A stretch of 64,000 nucleotides of DNA from positions 37,138,001-37,202,000 of the forward strand of contig CM052837.1 of the NCBI GenBank assembly GCA_028534125.1, in the 5' to 3' direction. The stretch comes from Lama glama. Taxonomy: Eukaryota. Position numbers and translations under genes: made by a program. The notes under the pieces are model-generated. The model ran no database searches. It was given only the letters and a program-made list of their open reading frames with translations, and was not told the DNA's origin. This document shows, one piece after another, positions 11,501 to 23,500 of this stretch (positions are counted from its first letter, which is position 1; every line of letters starts with the position of its first letter).

Positions 11501-14500
11501 TGCCCCTCCACCCACCGCAGAGAAGGAGCTCCCAGGGGCTAGAGACCAGCCCGGAGCTGTTCCAGGTCCTGTAGCTGCAACAGCCTTGCCCAGCACCTCA
11601 CCTCCCTCCGCTCCCACCCCAGCTGGTGCCCGGTTCCGCTGCACACCCCCCATGCCCGCGGACATGATCTTCCTGGTGGATGGGTCCTGGAGTATCGGCC
11701 ACAGTCACTTCCAGCAGGTCAAAGACTTCCTGGCCAGTGTCATCGAGCCCTTTGAAATCGGGCTGGACAAAGTCCAAGTAGGTGGGTCTCAGCCCTGCCC
11801 TGTGGCCCACCCAGAGGTGGTCCTCACAGTTCCCCACCAGCCCCAGCCCCCAGCACAGGCGATGCCTCGGAGAAGGAGTGAGAAGTGGGAGAGGAGATGC
11901 AGCCTCTGGGAGCCAAGGCTAAGTTCCCCCACCAGCCAGGCAGGGAGGGCTCTCCACGTGCACCGGCAGGACAGCTGGCTTCCGGGGGGACACTGCTGTG
12001 TGGAAGATGGGGCTTTGCAAATGTGCCCTCCCTGGTGACCTGGCGAGGCTGTGTGCCAGCAGACCGCGCTGGACCTCCCCTCGCACGCAGCCTGACAGTG
12101 CCGCTGGGACCCTCCCCTCCCAGGCCTGACTCAGTACAGCGGAGCCCCCTGGACCGAGTGGGACTTGAACACCTTTGGCACCAAGGAGAAGGTCCTGGCG
12201 GCCGTCCACAGTCTCCGATACAGAGGGGGAAACACGTTCACAGGTCTGCCTGGCCCGGTCCCGCCCTGGGGTCCGCACGGGTCTTTGTCCTCAAGCCCCT
12301 CGTGGGCTGGCAGTCACCCTCCCTCGCTCCCCTCCCAGATTTGGAAACAGGTGTGAACTGGGCTCAAGCTCCTATTCACGCCTTCCCTAAGGGCAAATCC
12401 ACCCTCATTTATCCCTGGTGAACGTAGGTGCTGGGCAGTCCTGCTGAAACTGAGTGGCTCCTCTGATCGGCAGAGGCTCCTGGGGGCAGCCACCAGTGGT
12501 TTGCGGGTGGCCTGCTGAAAGCAGCCCCTCCCTGTCCCGGTCCTGGGGCCTCGCTGCTCTGGGACTGATGCCGGCTGGTCAAGCAGCAGGTGCAGGCACT
12601 GCTCCTGGGCCTCGTGGCTCCCATGACAGAAGGAGAGGCGGTGTCCCTGCCCTCCAGGTCCCAGCAGCCTGGAGGGGCCAGGACTAACATGGGGCGAGGG
12701 GGCGGGCACGGGGACCACTGGCTGGTGCAGACGCCACAGACAGGCAAGGAGGGCACTTGGAGCCACCCCCACGTTGTTCTCACTGCACCCAAGGCCTGGC
12801 CCTGACCCACGTGCTGGAGCAGAACCTGCAGCCCGCAGCAGGTCTCCGTCCAGAGGTGGTCAAGCTGGTGATTCTGGTGACGGATGGCAAGTCCCAGGAT
12901 GACGCCCGCACTGCTGGCCACGTCCTCAAGGGCCTGGGTGTTGACGTCTTTGCTGTGGGTGAGCAGCCCCCGGGCTCCGCGGGAGTTCGCCCAGGGGGTG
13001 GCTTTGGGGCTGTGGGTCTTGTGGCCTCTGAGCCTCAGCCTCAGCCTTGGGTCTGCAAATGGGGAGGGCGAGTCCCTGCCCTGAGGGCCTGATCCCTGGG
13101 CGCTGGGACGGCAGCCCCAGATGCTGGCGTGGACAGCATGGCTGTTCCCGATGAGGCAGCCAGTTGGCAGCATCTTCTGTAGATGTCTCCGCACCCCACC
13201 CATCCACATGGGCCCCCCTCGCTGCTCCGTAGGTGCCTAGCACCCCTCGGGGACCTCATGCTACTCCCTTTACCGGCCAGTTGTTAACTCTGTCCCTTGA
13301 GAAGGGAACTCCAGACTCAAGGGCGGGGATTCCTGGGAGCAGCGACCCTCCCCAGTGCCCCTGTGCCCCTGTGCTGGGCCCCCAGGAAAACACACTGGCC
13401 TCCCTCCTGGCCCCAAACCCCACGGAGACCCCTGTGGGCACGGCACAGCCTGTGAGGGGCCTTCTGGGTCGAGCCCACGTTTGCACTTGCCTCTCTCACC
13501 AGGACACCCCCGGGCGACCCAGTTCTGGGCCCTGTGGGGTCTGGGGTCTGTGGCTCGGGAAGGAGCCCTGGCCCACTGGGTGGCCGGGCAGGGTCCAGTG
13601 ATCCCACTGCACCCTGGATAAGGGCGCTGAGTGGGCTCACCCCACCCCCACCCCGCGGCAGGTGTGAAGAACGCCGATGAGGCTGAGCTGAGGCTCCTGG
13701 CATCCCCGCCGCTGGACATCACTGTCCACAATGTGCAGGACTTTCCCCAGCTCGGCACGCTGGCCGGCCTGCTCAGCCGGCTGATCTGCCAAAAAATCCA
13801 GGGCAGGAGCCCGCGCAGGGGGTCCGGTGAGCGCGGGGGCTCAGATAAGCAGGAGGGTGGTGCGGGGGCAGGGTCACCCCCACTGGCTGCAGCCGCCCGG
13901 GCCCTGCCAGGCTGCTCGGGGCAGAGGGACGGGGGACTGCAGCTCCTGTAAGGAACTCCGAGCCCTCCTGCTGGCTCTCCCATCTCTCACCACCCAGGGA
14001 CAACTGTCCTTCCTGGAAGTGGCCGCCAGAGGGAGCAGGCAGAGCCACAATGCCTGCTGCCCACTGGCGGCCTTGCCAATACCTCCCCTCCCACAGTTAC
14101 ACCAGCAGCAGCCACTCTGGCCCTGGACCCCCTTTCCACTCCCACCAGCCTGGTCCTGACCCAGGTGACCTCCTCCAGCGTCCACCTGTCCTGGACCCCA
14201 GCCCCACAGCCACCCCTCAAGTATCTGATTGTGTGGCAGCCTTCCATGGGCGGCACCCCCAGGGAGGTGAGAGGTGGCCCTGCACAGACAGGGCTGGAGG
14301 GAGGCCCACACGTGACAAAGCCAACGTGGAGGAGGAAGGGGGGGCTACCAAACTGGTTCCATGAGCCCCCAGATGGTGGGAGTGGGGTGAGTGCTCACGC
14401 CTGTGTCACGTCTGTGTCCAGGAGGAGCCAGGGACACAGCCCTGCAGGGAGCGAGGACTGATCCAGCCCTGCCCGAGCCTGCACCCCTGCACCCCTCCCT

Positions 14501-17500
14501 GCCCACCCACTGCGACTCCTGTTCTAGGTGGTGGTGGAGGGGCCCGCCTTGTCCACAGAGCTGCACAACCTGACCTCCAGCACAGAGTACCTGGTCTCCG
14601 TGCTCCCTGTCTACAAGGCCGGAGTCGGCGAGGGCCTGCAGGGCCTGGTGACCACAGGTGGGGAGGAACAGACCCGGGCTCAGCAGTGCCCCCTACCTGC
14701 AGCCTCCCTCGGAGCCTGGCACCAGCAAGGGCGGTCTTAACCCTGGGGTGGGGGCACCACCCCCTGCTTGCTGTGTGACCGAGGCTGAGTCCCTGTGCCT
14801 CTCTGACCCTCTGTCTCCTCTTCTGAGCACAAGTGATGTCGTTTTTGTCATCACCCCAACCACAGCTGGGACCCATCACTGTTGCTTCTCACACTGTTGG
14901 TGGAGCTTCCGCCCGGCCCGGTCTGCAGGCGCCCAGGGGACTGCCATGAGCCCCACCGCCCCCCACTTAGCAGCTTTACTGAGACACACAGCCCACAGCT
15001 CACCCGTTTAAAGTGTCCAAGTCAGTGGTTTTCCATACATTCACAGCATTGTGCTCCTATCTCCACAGTCCCCTTTGACTTCCGTCACCTTAAACAGAAA
15101 CCCTGCACCCTTAGTGGTCACCCTCGGTCCTCCCCCTCCCCCACAGCCCCTGTCAGCCCCCAGCTGCTTTCTGTCGCTGGAGATTTGCCACGTCTGGGCC
15201 TTCCGAGGAAATGGGATCATACAGTGTGTGGCCTTCAGTGTCTGGCTTCTCCCCGGCTGTCCAACCCCTAGAGGCCACAGCCCTCCTTCCCACCCTCAGG
15301 GCACGTGGCTTAACAGAAACCCACAAGGTGGCCTGTGTCCCCAGAGCTGGGAGCCGGAAGCTGGCCCGGTGCGAACCTGGGACAGGGACTTACAGCATCT
15401 GTGTGCACCCTGACCCCCACCCCCGGCTCTGCGTCTGCATCAAGACACACCTGGCCGGTGTTTCCTGAGCTCCTTTGTCCTGCTGGTTCATGGGTCTGCT
15501 TTCTGCCTCTCCCCCAGCGCCCCTGCCCCCACCCCGGGCACTGACCCTTGCTGCAGTGACGCCCAGAACCGTCCGCCTCGCCTGGCAGCCCTCGGCTGGG
15601 GCCGCCCAGTACCTAGTGCGCTGCTCGCCTGCCTCCCCCAAGGGTGAGGAGGAGGCAAGAGAGGTGCGAGGCAGAGGGGCTGGGGAGGCGGGAGAGCAGG
15701 GCTGGGCAGCCGGGTTGGGGGAGCACAGGGAGGGCCAGCATGAGTGCCCATCCCTGCAGGTGCGGGTGGGGCAGCCGGGGGTGCTTCTGGACGGCCTGGA
15801 CCCGGGCAGGGACTATGACATCTGGGTGCAGAGCCTGCGAGGGGCAGAGACCAGTGAGGCCCAGGGCATCCGCGCCAGGACTCGTGAGTGCCCCGCCCTT
15901 GCAGGCTGAGGCCGCGTTCTGGTTCCCCACCCTTGAACCTGCTGCGGGGTGGGGTCCCCCAAGCCCTCTGGTAGCCCCAGCAGCCCTGGCCATCGCCCGC
16001 CCTTCCCCATATGCCTGGGGAGGTCCCTGAGGCCTCATGTGCTCTGCAGCCACCCTGGGCGCCCCAAGACACCTGGACTTCTCGGATGTGAGCCACGACT
16101 CGGCCCGCGTGTCCTGGGAAGGCATCCAGAGACCTGTGCGCCTGTTCAGGGTCAGCTATGTCTCCAGCAAGGGTGGCCACTCAGGACAGGTGAGAGTGGG
16201 CCCTGCTGGGAGCCTGCTGTCCTGCAGTGCCGGGGGTGGGGGATGAAGTGGCCGTGGGGGCCCAGTGCCCCCAGCCTCCCGGCCCCCCTCCTTGCATTCA
16301 GGGTCAGTGGGTGTGGCTGCATCTCCGCAGGCCCAGCCTCGGCCCGGGGCAGGGGGCATGGGGGTAGGGTGACACCACCCGGCCCTGGTGGGCCTCAGCC
16401 TTGGAGGGAGGGTGGGGACAGGCGTGAAGCAAGGAATCGTACAGATACTCGCAGGTGACAGCTGTGACAGGCGTGCGGGGGCGCATGGCGTCGTGAGAGC
16501 TGAAAATGCCAGCTTGTGGGGCTGAGAGTGGGCGGGCAGGTGGCCACGTGGCAGTCCAGGCCAGCAGGTCCCAGGCCTGGGTCTCCCTCTGGCAGGGGCT
16601 GCCCCGCCCCAGCTGCCCATGTCCCTAACCCCTTGTAGACGGAGGTCCCTGGGAACGCCACCTGGGCCACTCTGGGCCCGCTCTCCTCCTCTACCACCTA
16701 CACGGTCCGCGTCACCTGCCTCTACCCCAGGGGCAGCTCCTCCACACTGACCGGCCACCTGACCACACGTGAGTGGCAGAGGTGGGGATGGGGTCTCCAG
16801 GCCACCTCCCTCCACTCCCATGGACATTTCAAATCAACACTTATGCTTGGTGTCTGCTCTGCGTAGGGCTGAGCCAGGTACCCCGACAGGTGCGACGATT
16901 GGGTGCAGGGTCCCCAGGGCACCTCCGGGGAGCAGGGCCAGTGCCCACCCGGCAGCCTGTCCTGGGAAAGGAGGGACGTGGGCACGGCCTCGTGGGGACA
17001 GGCGGTCTCCCTTGCCTCCTCCCTCTTCCAGGGAAAGTCCCCAGCCCAAGCCAGCTGTCGGTGACCGAGCTCCCTGGGGACAAAGTCCGGCTGGAGTGGG
17101 CGGCCGCAGCGGCATCTGGCGTGCTGGTCTACCAGATCAAGTGGACGCCCCTGGGAGATGGGAAGGCCCATGAGGTGTGGGGGAAAACCCTCCCCCACCA
17201 GCTCAGACCCCAGTGCTGCACCCATGGGACATCTGCCCACCCCTGGCCTGTGGGCCAGGCCCCAGTGTGAGGACCAGTCCCCAGGGTGGACCCCTGGTCT
17301 CTCCTCTCCACAGATCTCTGTCCCAGGGAACCTGGCCACAGCCGTCCTGCCTGGCCTGGGGAGGCACTCGGAGTATGAGATCACCCTCCTGGCCTACTAC
17401 AGGGACGGGGCCCGCAGCGACCCTGTGTCCCTCCGCTACAGCCCCCGTAAGTGACCCCTGCTCTGCTGAGATACCCTGCCCTGTGGGCCCAGGACCGCCG

Positions 17501-20500
17501 ACAGGCAGTTCCCCAGTCCCTGACCCTATGGCCTTACTGCTTGGGTCATGGGGCTTTCCTGAGCCCTCCAGACAGGCATCCCTGGAGTGGCCGAGGGTCC
17601 AAGTCACCAGAGGTGACACAGGGCCCAAGACGGTCCCAGAGCTGGCGTGGTGGCCCTGCCTGTGCCAAGGCCACGGGGCAGCATGGTGTGTCTGGCATGG
17701 CGTGGCTGGCATGGCAGGGGCTTTGGAGTGGGAGGATGGTGGGTGAGGTGCAGAGCAGTGGGGAGCATGTTGCCGTCTGAAGCCCCACCCTGTGCTCTCC
17801 CCTAGTCAGCCAGAGCCCGCCCTCTGACCTGGCCCTGGCCTCTGAGTCGCCCAACAGCCTGCGAGTCAGCTGGACGCCCCCGAGCAGCCACGTTCTCCAC
17901 TACCGGCTCACCTACACACTAGCCTCAGGCTCAGGACCAGAGAAATCGGTGGGTCTGGGTAGAGCCCAGAAGCCAACGCCCCCCCAGGCCCCCAGGGCCT
18001 GGGCCATGGGGGAGACACGTCCCACCCTCTCTGTTGAGGGGCCACCCTCCCATGGCAGGACACACGGACGGGGAGCCGAGATGCCCAAATGAGCAAAGTC
18101 GCTCGGGAGGAGCAGCTAGGGTGACCGTGACCCCCCCCCCAGATCTCTGTTCCAGGACCCAGGAGCCAGGTGACGCTTCCCGACCTGCTGGCAGCCACCA
18201 AGTACAGGGTCCTGGTCTCGGCCATCTATGGAGCCGGGGAGAGTGTGGCAGTGTCTGCCGTGGGCCGGACAGGTGGGTGGGCACCAAGACCCCAGGCCCC
18301 GGCAGACCCCAGCCAGGCCTGAGACCCTGGCAGGCCCCCAGGAGCCCGAACCCACAGGGCCACTCAGCAGGACACATGGGCCTATCTCTCCCCGCACACA
18401 GGCCGGCGCTGCAGAGCTTAGGGGAGGAGAGTCAGGGTTTTCACGCAAGACCCTGCCCACAAGTAGAATGCCAACGCCAACCCCAGGGCTGAGGTCACAG
18501 CGGGCCAACCGGGCGCCCCCAAGGGGCCTCAGCTGCAGCCTGGCCTACAGATGCCCGAAGCTGGGGACAGGCCGGAGTTCCCCTGGATCTGTGTCCAGGA
18601 AGAGTGGGGCAGACGCCCAGCCTCAGGAGCTGGGAGGCCAGGTGCAGATCACAGACTGGCCGCAGCGGAGCCCAGGGCCCTCGGTGTTAAAGGTCATCCC
18701 TGGGGTCCTGCCACCCGCGTGCCAGGACCCAGCTTAGAGGGAACTTGGCTTTTGTTTTGTTGTTCATGCTGGTTTTCCTGGACAATCAGACCCTCAGAGC
18801 AGAGGATCCTCACAGGCCGGCTGATCAGCCTGACCGCCCCAGCTTCCCTCTGAGTCTCCTGCGTGCGGTCGCCTAGCTTTGGCTTGAATGCCTCTGGGGA
18901 TGGGGGCCTCACTACCCAGAGGACAGCTGTCAAGGCTCAGCACCCTTCTTGTCCAAGGGCAGAGCTGCTTCCCGCTCCGAGGGCCCCGGTCCCTGCCCTC
19001 ACTTGCCCACGAACCTTCCGAGCGCCCACCTGCTGCCTGCCAGTGGAGCAAGCCAGCTAGCCACGCCAGCCCCAGGGCAGCGGTGCACAGTCGGCACGTC
19101 CCCACACCCCGGCATCTCTCTGGCCCTGCCGCATGGGGCGCATCAGGGTGGCTGGTACTCTCCCGGGGTTCAGTGCCCTGTGGGAGTGCCCCAGCCAGGT
19201 GCTGTCTCCCGGGAGTAGAACCTGAGACAGCAGGACCCATCTCTGTCCCTTCCCGGTCCCTGAGCTGTGGAACAACAGGCCTGCAAGTGGGTGCCGACAG
19301 GGAACATCTCCAACCCACCTGCAGCCAGAGGCAGGGCGCCCAGCCACAAGGGGCCCCTCCCCAGGTGGAGGCCGAGGCCCGGTCCACTGACCCTGACTAC
19401 CGCCCCTCTCAGCAGCCTGCCCGGCCCTCCACCCTGACGGCTCCCTCCCAGGTAGGTCCTGCCCTTTACGATGGCTGCTCTCCAGCCCCGACCCGTTCTT
19501 CCTCCCCCGGGTCCTTGTTGGGGAGGATGGCCTGGGAGAGGGGCTGGGGGATCATGAGAGGGCGGCAGGCAGGCAGGGCTGACACTTTTCCAGGAAGGCC
19601 CCTTGAGGTTGGCTGGTGCCTTTATTCCTGCTTCACAGTGGAGGTGACTGGGGCCTGTCCAGGGTCACTTGTCCAAGGTCACAGCCTGGATGTGGAGGGC
19701 AGAGGCCGCGCTCGGGGCTCCAGGTCCAGGGTGGCCTCCGTGAGCGTCTGAGGACCAGGGGCTTGGCGGGGCGAGGGGCGAAGCCTGGGGTCACAGAGCG
19801 TCTTTAGTGCCTGCGGGCCAGAGGCCCTCCCCAGAGAGAAGGCTGACGTGTGCGCCCCTGCGCTGTCAGGGAGATTGGCTGGGGGCAAGGGTGGGCTGCA
19901 GGGAGGGCGGCCCAGCTCGAGGGCTGCATCTCCCGCGGGACCTCCAGCGAGTGATAGGGCTGCAGCTGCTCAGACCAGGCCGCAGGGCAGGGCCTGCTCG
20001 AGGCTGGGCAGCAGGGTAGGTGAGGTCGTCCACGCCTGCCTGCTCAGGGCCTTGGCCACTGAGCCAGTAACAGGAGATTCCATGTCGCCAAAGTCATGGC
20101 CACTTTGGCCCGCTAAGTCGCAGTGGGTGCTGGACTTAGCTCTGCTGTGGCTGTGACTCTGCCGGGTCGGGGGGGTCTGGACACTGAGGGTTGTGGGGAG
20201 GCCGAGGCCGGGGCAACCTAAGGGGCAGGACGGTGCTGCCTGTGTGTCCTTCCCCAGGTCAGGGTGGAGAGGGTGGGAGACCAGGCCCCTGAGGTCCCTA
20301 CTGCCCCCCGCCCCGCACCGGAGGGCCCCTCTGCTCCCTCGCATCTTCCTCTTGCTGCTGCTCCCGCTGTCTCCTCTCACCCACACCTGGGCTCTTGCCT
20401 CCGGCCCCCCAACTCCCTGTCTCTGACTGTCCCTCGGGAACACCGGCTCCCCCAGGCTTTGACCTGATGGCGGCCTTCGGCCTAGTGGAGAAGGAATACG

Positions 20501-23500
20501 CCTCCATCCGCGGTCTGGCCATGGAGCCCTCGGCGTTTGGCTCGACCAGGACCTTCACGCTCTTCAAGGACGCTCAGCTGACTCGCCGGGCCAGGTGGGG
20601 TGGCGGGGGTGGGGGTGGGGGGCTGTGACTGGAGCAGCATGGGAGGGCACCCTCCTGGGGGTTTGTGGGAGAGGGAGCCCCAGGCCCAGCAGCTCCGCCC
20701 CCAGAGCCAGCCAGGCAGACTCTCCTGGCACAGGGGAACCTGAGTCCCACAAATGAATCAATCTCACGTGGGCAGAATGAGGCCACAGGGGTCCTTTTCC
20801 CCATGTGGCCCGGGGATTGATCAGACCTGCAGACTTCTGGGCGGGGGCCACCAGCTCTGTCTCTTGTGAGACCTCCTACCTCCCGTGTGCTTTAGTTTGA
20901 TTCCACAAACCTGCAAATAGCCTGAGTCACTGTGCTCAGTGACGAACCACCAGAAAGGCTTGTTTGACGACCCCGCATCTAAGAGCCACCCCACTCTGTG
21001 TACAGAGAGGCGTCTTTAATCACAGATTGGAACTTCCACATGCACAGCATAATTTTTCCCTAAGTTAAGATGTTTGAAGTTGCAAAGGTAAATCACATGC
21101 TTTAAAATAGAAATTTGAAAAGTGAGAAACATGTAAGTCTACAGAGCCCACCCCACACGACTAAGACTCAGGGCGGTTCATGCAGCCGGCTGCCTCCCCA
21201 CGGACGCGGCGTGACACAGTGTGGCAGGTGTGGCCCAGGCTGGCGTCCTGTTCCTTTGCCCGAGCTTTGCTGCGAGTGTTCCCCACGATCTGCTCCCGTT
21301 CTGATTTCCTTTTAGGCTGGTTTGCAAGGTTTACTTTTTGTGCAGGGGCCTGAGGCCTGCCTCTTCCTCGGTGGCCCCTCCTCCCTCCCAAGCCTCGGTC
21401 TGGGGTCTTTGCCCGGGTGGGTCGCTCTGATTGCCAGGAACCCTGAGGTTTTGCTTCCGCGGCCTCTGCCCCTGGCCTGGCTCCACCCTCGCAGCAGACC
21501 CTGCGCGCTCGTTAAACGCTGCAGAGACTCTCCGCGATCGTCCCTCTCCTGTGAGTGGGGGTCTCCCAGGGCCTCACAGTGCTCATGGGTGCTTCCTGTT
21601 TGTCTTTGCGGAGTTCACAGCTCCAGAGGTGGGCACTGACAGTCCTGCAGGTGTGTCACCCCGCACAGGAGTACCCCCATCACGATACCTGCCGCGAATG
21701 CAACCTGGGGCTGCTAAGAGTAGGAGGGTCCCTCCCTGGGTCAGGAAGGCTCCCCAGGAGGTGGCAGAGGGTAGGAGCCACTAGAGAGAGAATGGGGGAG
21801 GGGAGGGCACTCGGGTAAAGCAGCAACATGTGCCAAGGCCCTGGGGTCTGTTTGCTTAAAAAATTTCAAGATCGCTTCTGTGCTGGGTTTTGCAGGCTCT
21901 TAATTATCCCAGGAGCAAAGCAGGGAGGCTGTAGGCCTTTAGGAACAATTTTTTGGGGTGACTCCAATGACCCGGGGGGCGCATGGCACCAGCACAGACC
22001 CCCACCACTCACCCAGTGAGCTGCTCTCAAGGGCTTGTGCACTCCTGACCCCCGGGAGACAGGCTCAGAGACCTCCGGCTCCAGACCCCTTGACCTGCAC
22101 CTGCCCCACCCACTGAAGGATAGATTGTCGTGGATGCTGGCTGTGGTGGGACGGCCTCCCATCCCTCCTGGGGCTCGGGCCTTAGGGCTGCGTGCCACCC
22201 CAGGGTTCCCGACAGCCCCGGGAGGGGAGCTCTGACCCTTGCGCTCCCCGCGTTGCTCCCGGGGAAGCGGAGGCAGGAGAGGCCCAGCCTGGCCCTGAGG
22301 ACCCGCTCGGCAGCCCCGAGGGTCCGGCCTCCTCTTGGGCCTGCAGCTGCCCCTCCCTGTGCCCCGACAGTGACATCCACCCGGCCGCCCTCCCCCCGGA
22401 GCACACGGTGGTCTTCCTTCTGCGCCTGCTCCCCGAGACGCCCCGAGAGGCCTTCGCGTTGTGGCAGGTGGCGGCCGAGGACTTCCAGCCCGTCCTGGGG
22501 GTCCTGCTGGATGGTCAGTTGGGAGGGGGAGCAGTGGACCCAGGTCGCCCCAGAAAGCAGGGGCTGCTTCCGCAGCGTGGCCTCTGAGGTTTGGGGCATG
22601 CGAGGCTTTGCACGCCCTTCGTGGGGCCGTAACCCCCTCACCCTGTTCCACTCTGGGCAGGCCTGGAAGGGTCCCCCCCACCTTCTACCCAGGGGTCTCA
22701 CGTGTTCTTTGCCCCTCCTCAGCCGGCAGAAAGTCGCTGACCTACTTCAACCGTGACCCCAGGGCCACCTTGCAGGAGGTCACCTTCGACCTGCCCGAAG
22801 TGAGAAGAATATTCTTTGGGAGCTTCCACAAGGTCCTGGAAGTTCCCAGAAGAACCACAGCACGTCCCTCCCCGGCCTAAGACCCTCTCGGCTCCCACAT
22901 TCTGGGACAGACCCCCACCCCATGGCTCTGCAGGACACAGGCTGCCCCTGTCACCATGGCTCACCCAGAATGTTAGAACTCTCCTTGAGAGCCTCTGCCC
23001 CTGCAGTCCACTCTGCCCTGGACATCCTCACCTTAATCAGGGTCAAAGAGCATCCACTCCTCTTCCTGGGTCCCTTGAGTCCCTGGGAGGGGCCTGTGGT
23101 GGGTGTCATTTGGTCCATTTTACAGAGGGGAAACCGAAGCCCAGCAAGGGGGTCCCACAAGACGGGGTGCAGTCAGGATCCTGACCCTAGGCCCCAGGAT
23201 GGTCATGTCCCTCCTCCCAGCCACGGCGCTGGCCTTGTGGGCACGGAGGGGAGCCTGTCCTGCCGGGGCAGCGGGGGACCTACCGTGGTATCTCCCAGGT
23301 GCACGTGGCCGTGGGCCACTCGAAGGTCAGGCTCTACGTGGACTGCCAGAAGGTGGCTGAGAGGCCCATCGGGGAGGCCGGCAGCCTGCCCGCTGCCGGC
23401 TTCGTCACACTGGGGAGGCTGGCCAAGGCCCGGGGACCCCGGAGCAGCTCGGCCTCGGTGAGCCTGGGCCCCGTCCCGCCGAGCCGAGTCAGTCGGGGGC

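Noticed and set aside
15664-15759. In-frame stop-free introns (also 26904-27026 and 28865-29044) as functional retained introns
   Set aside because: Expected by chance for short GC-rich introns; no independent support.
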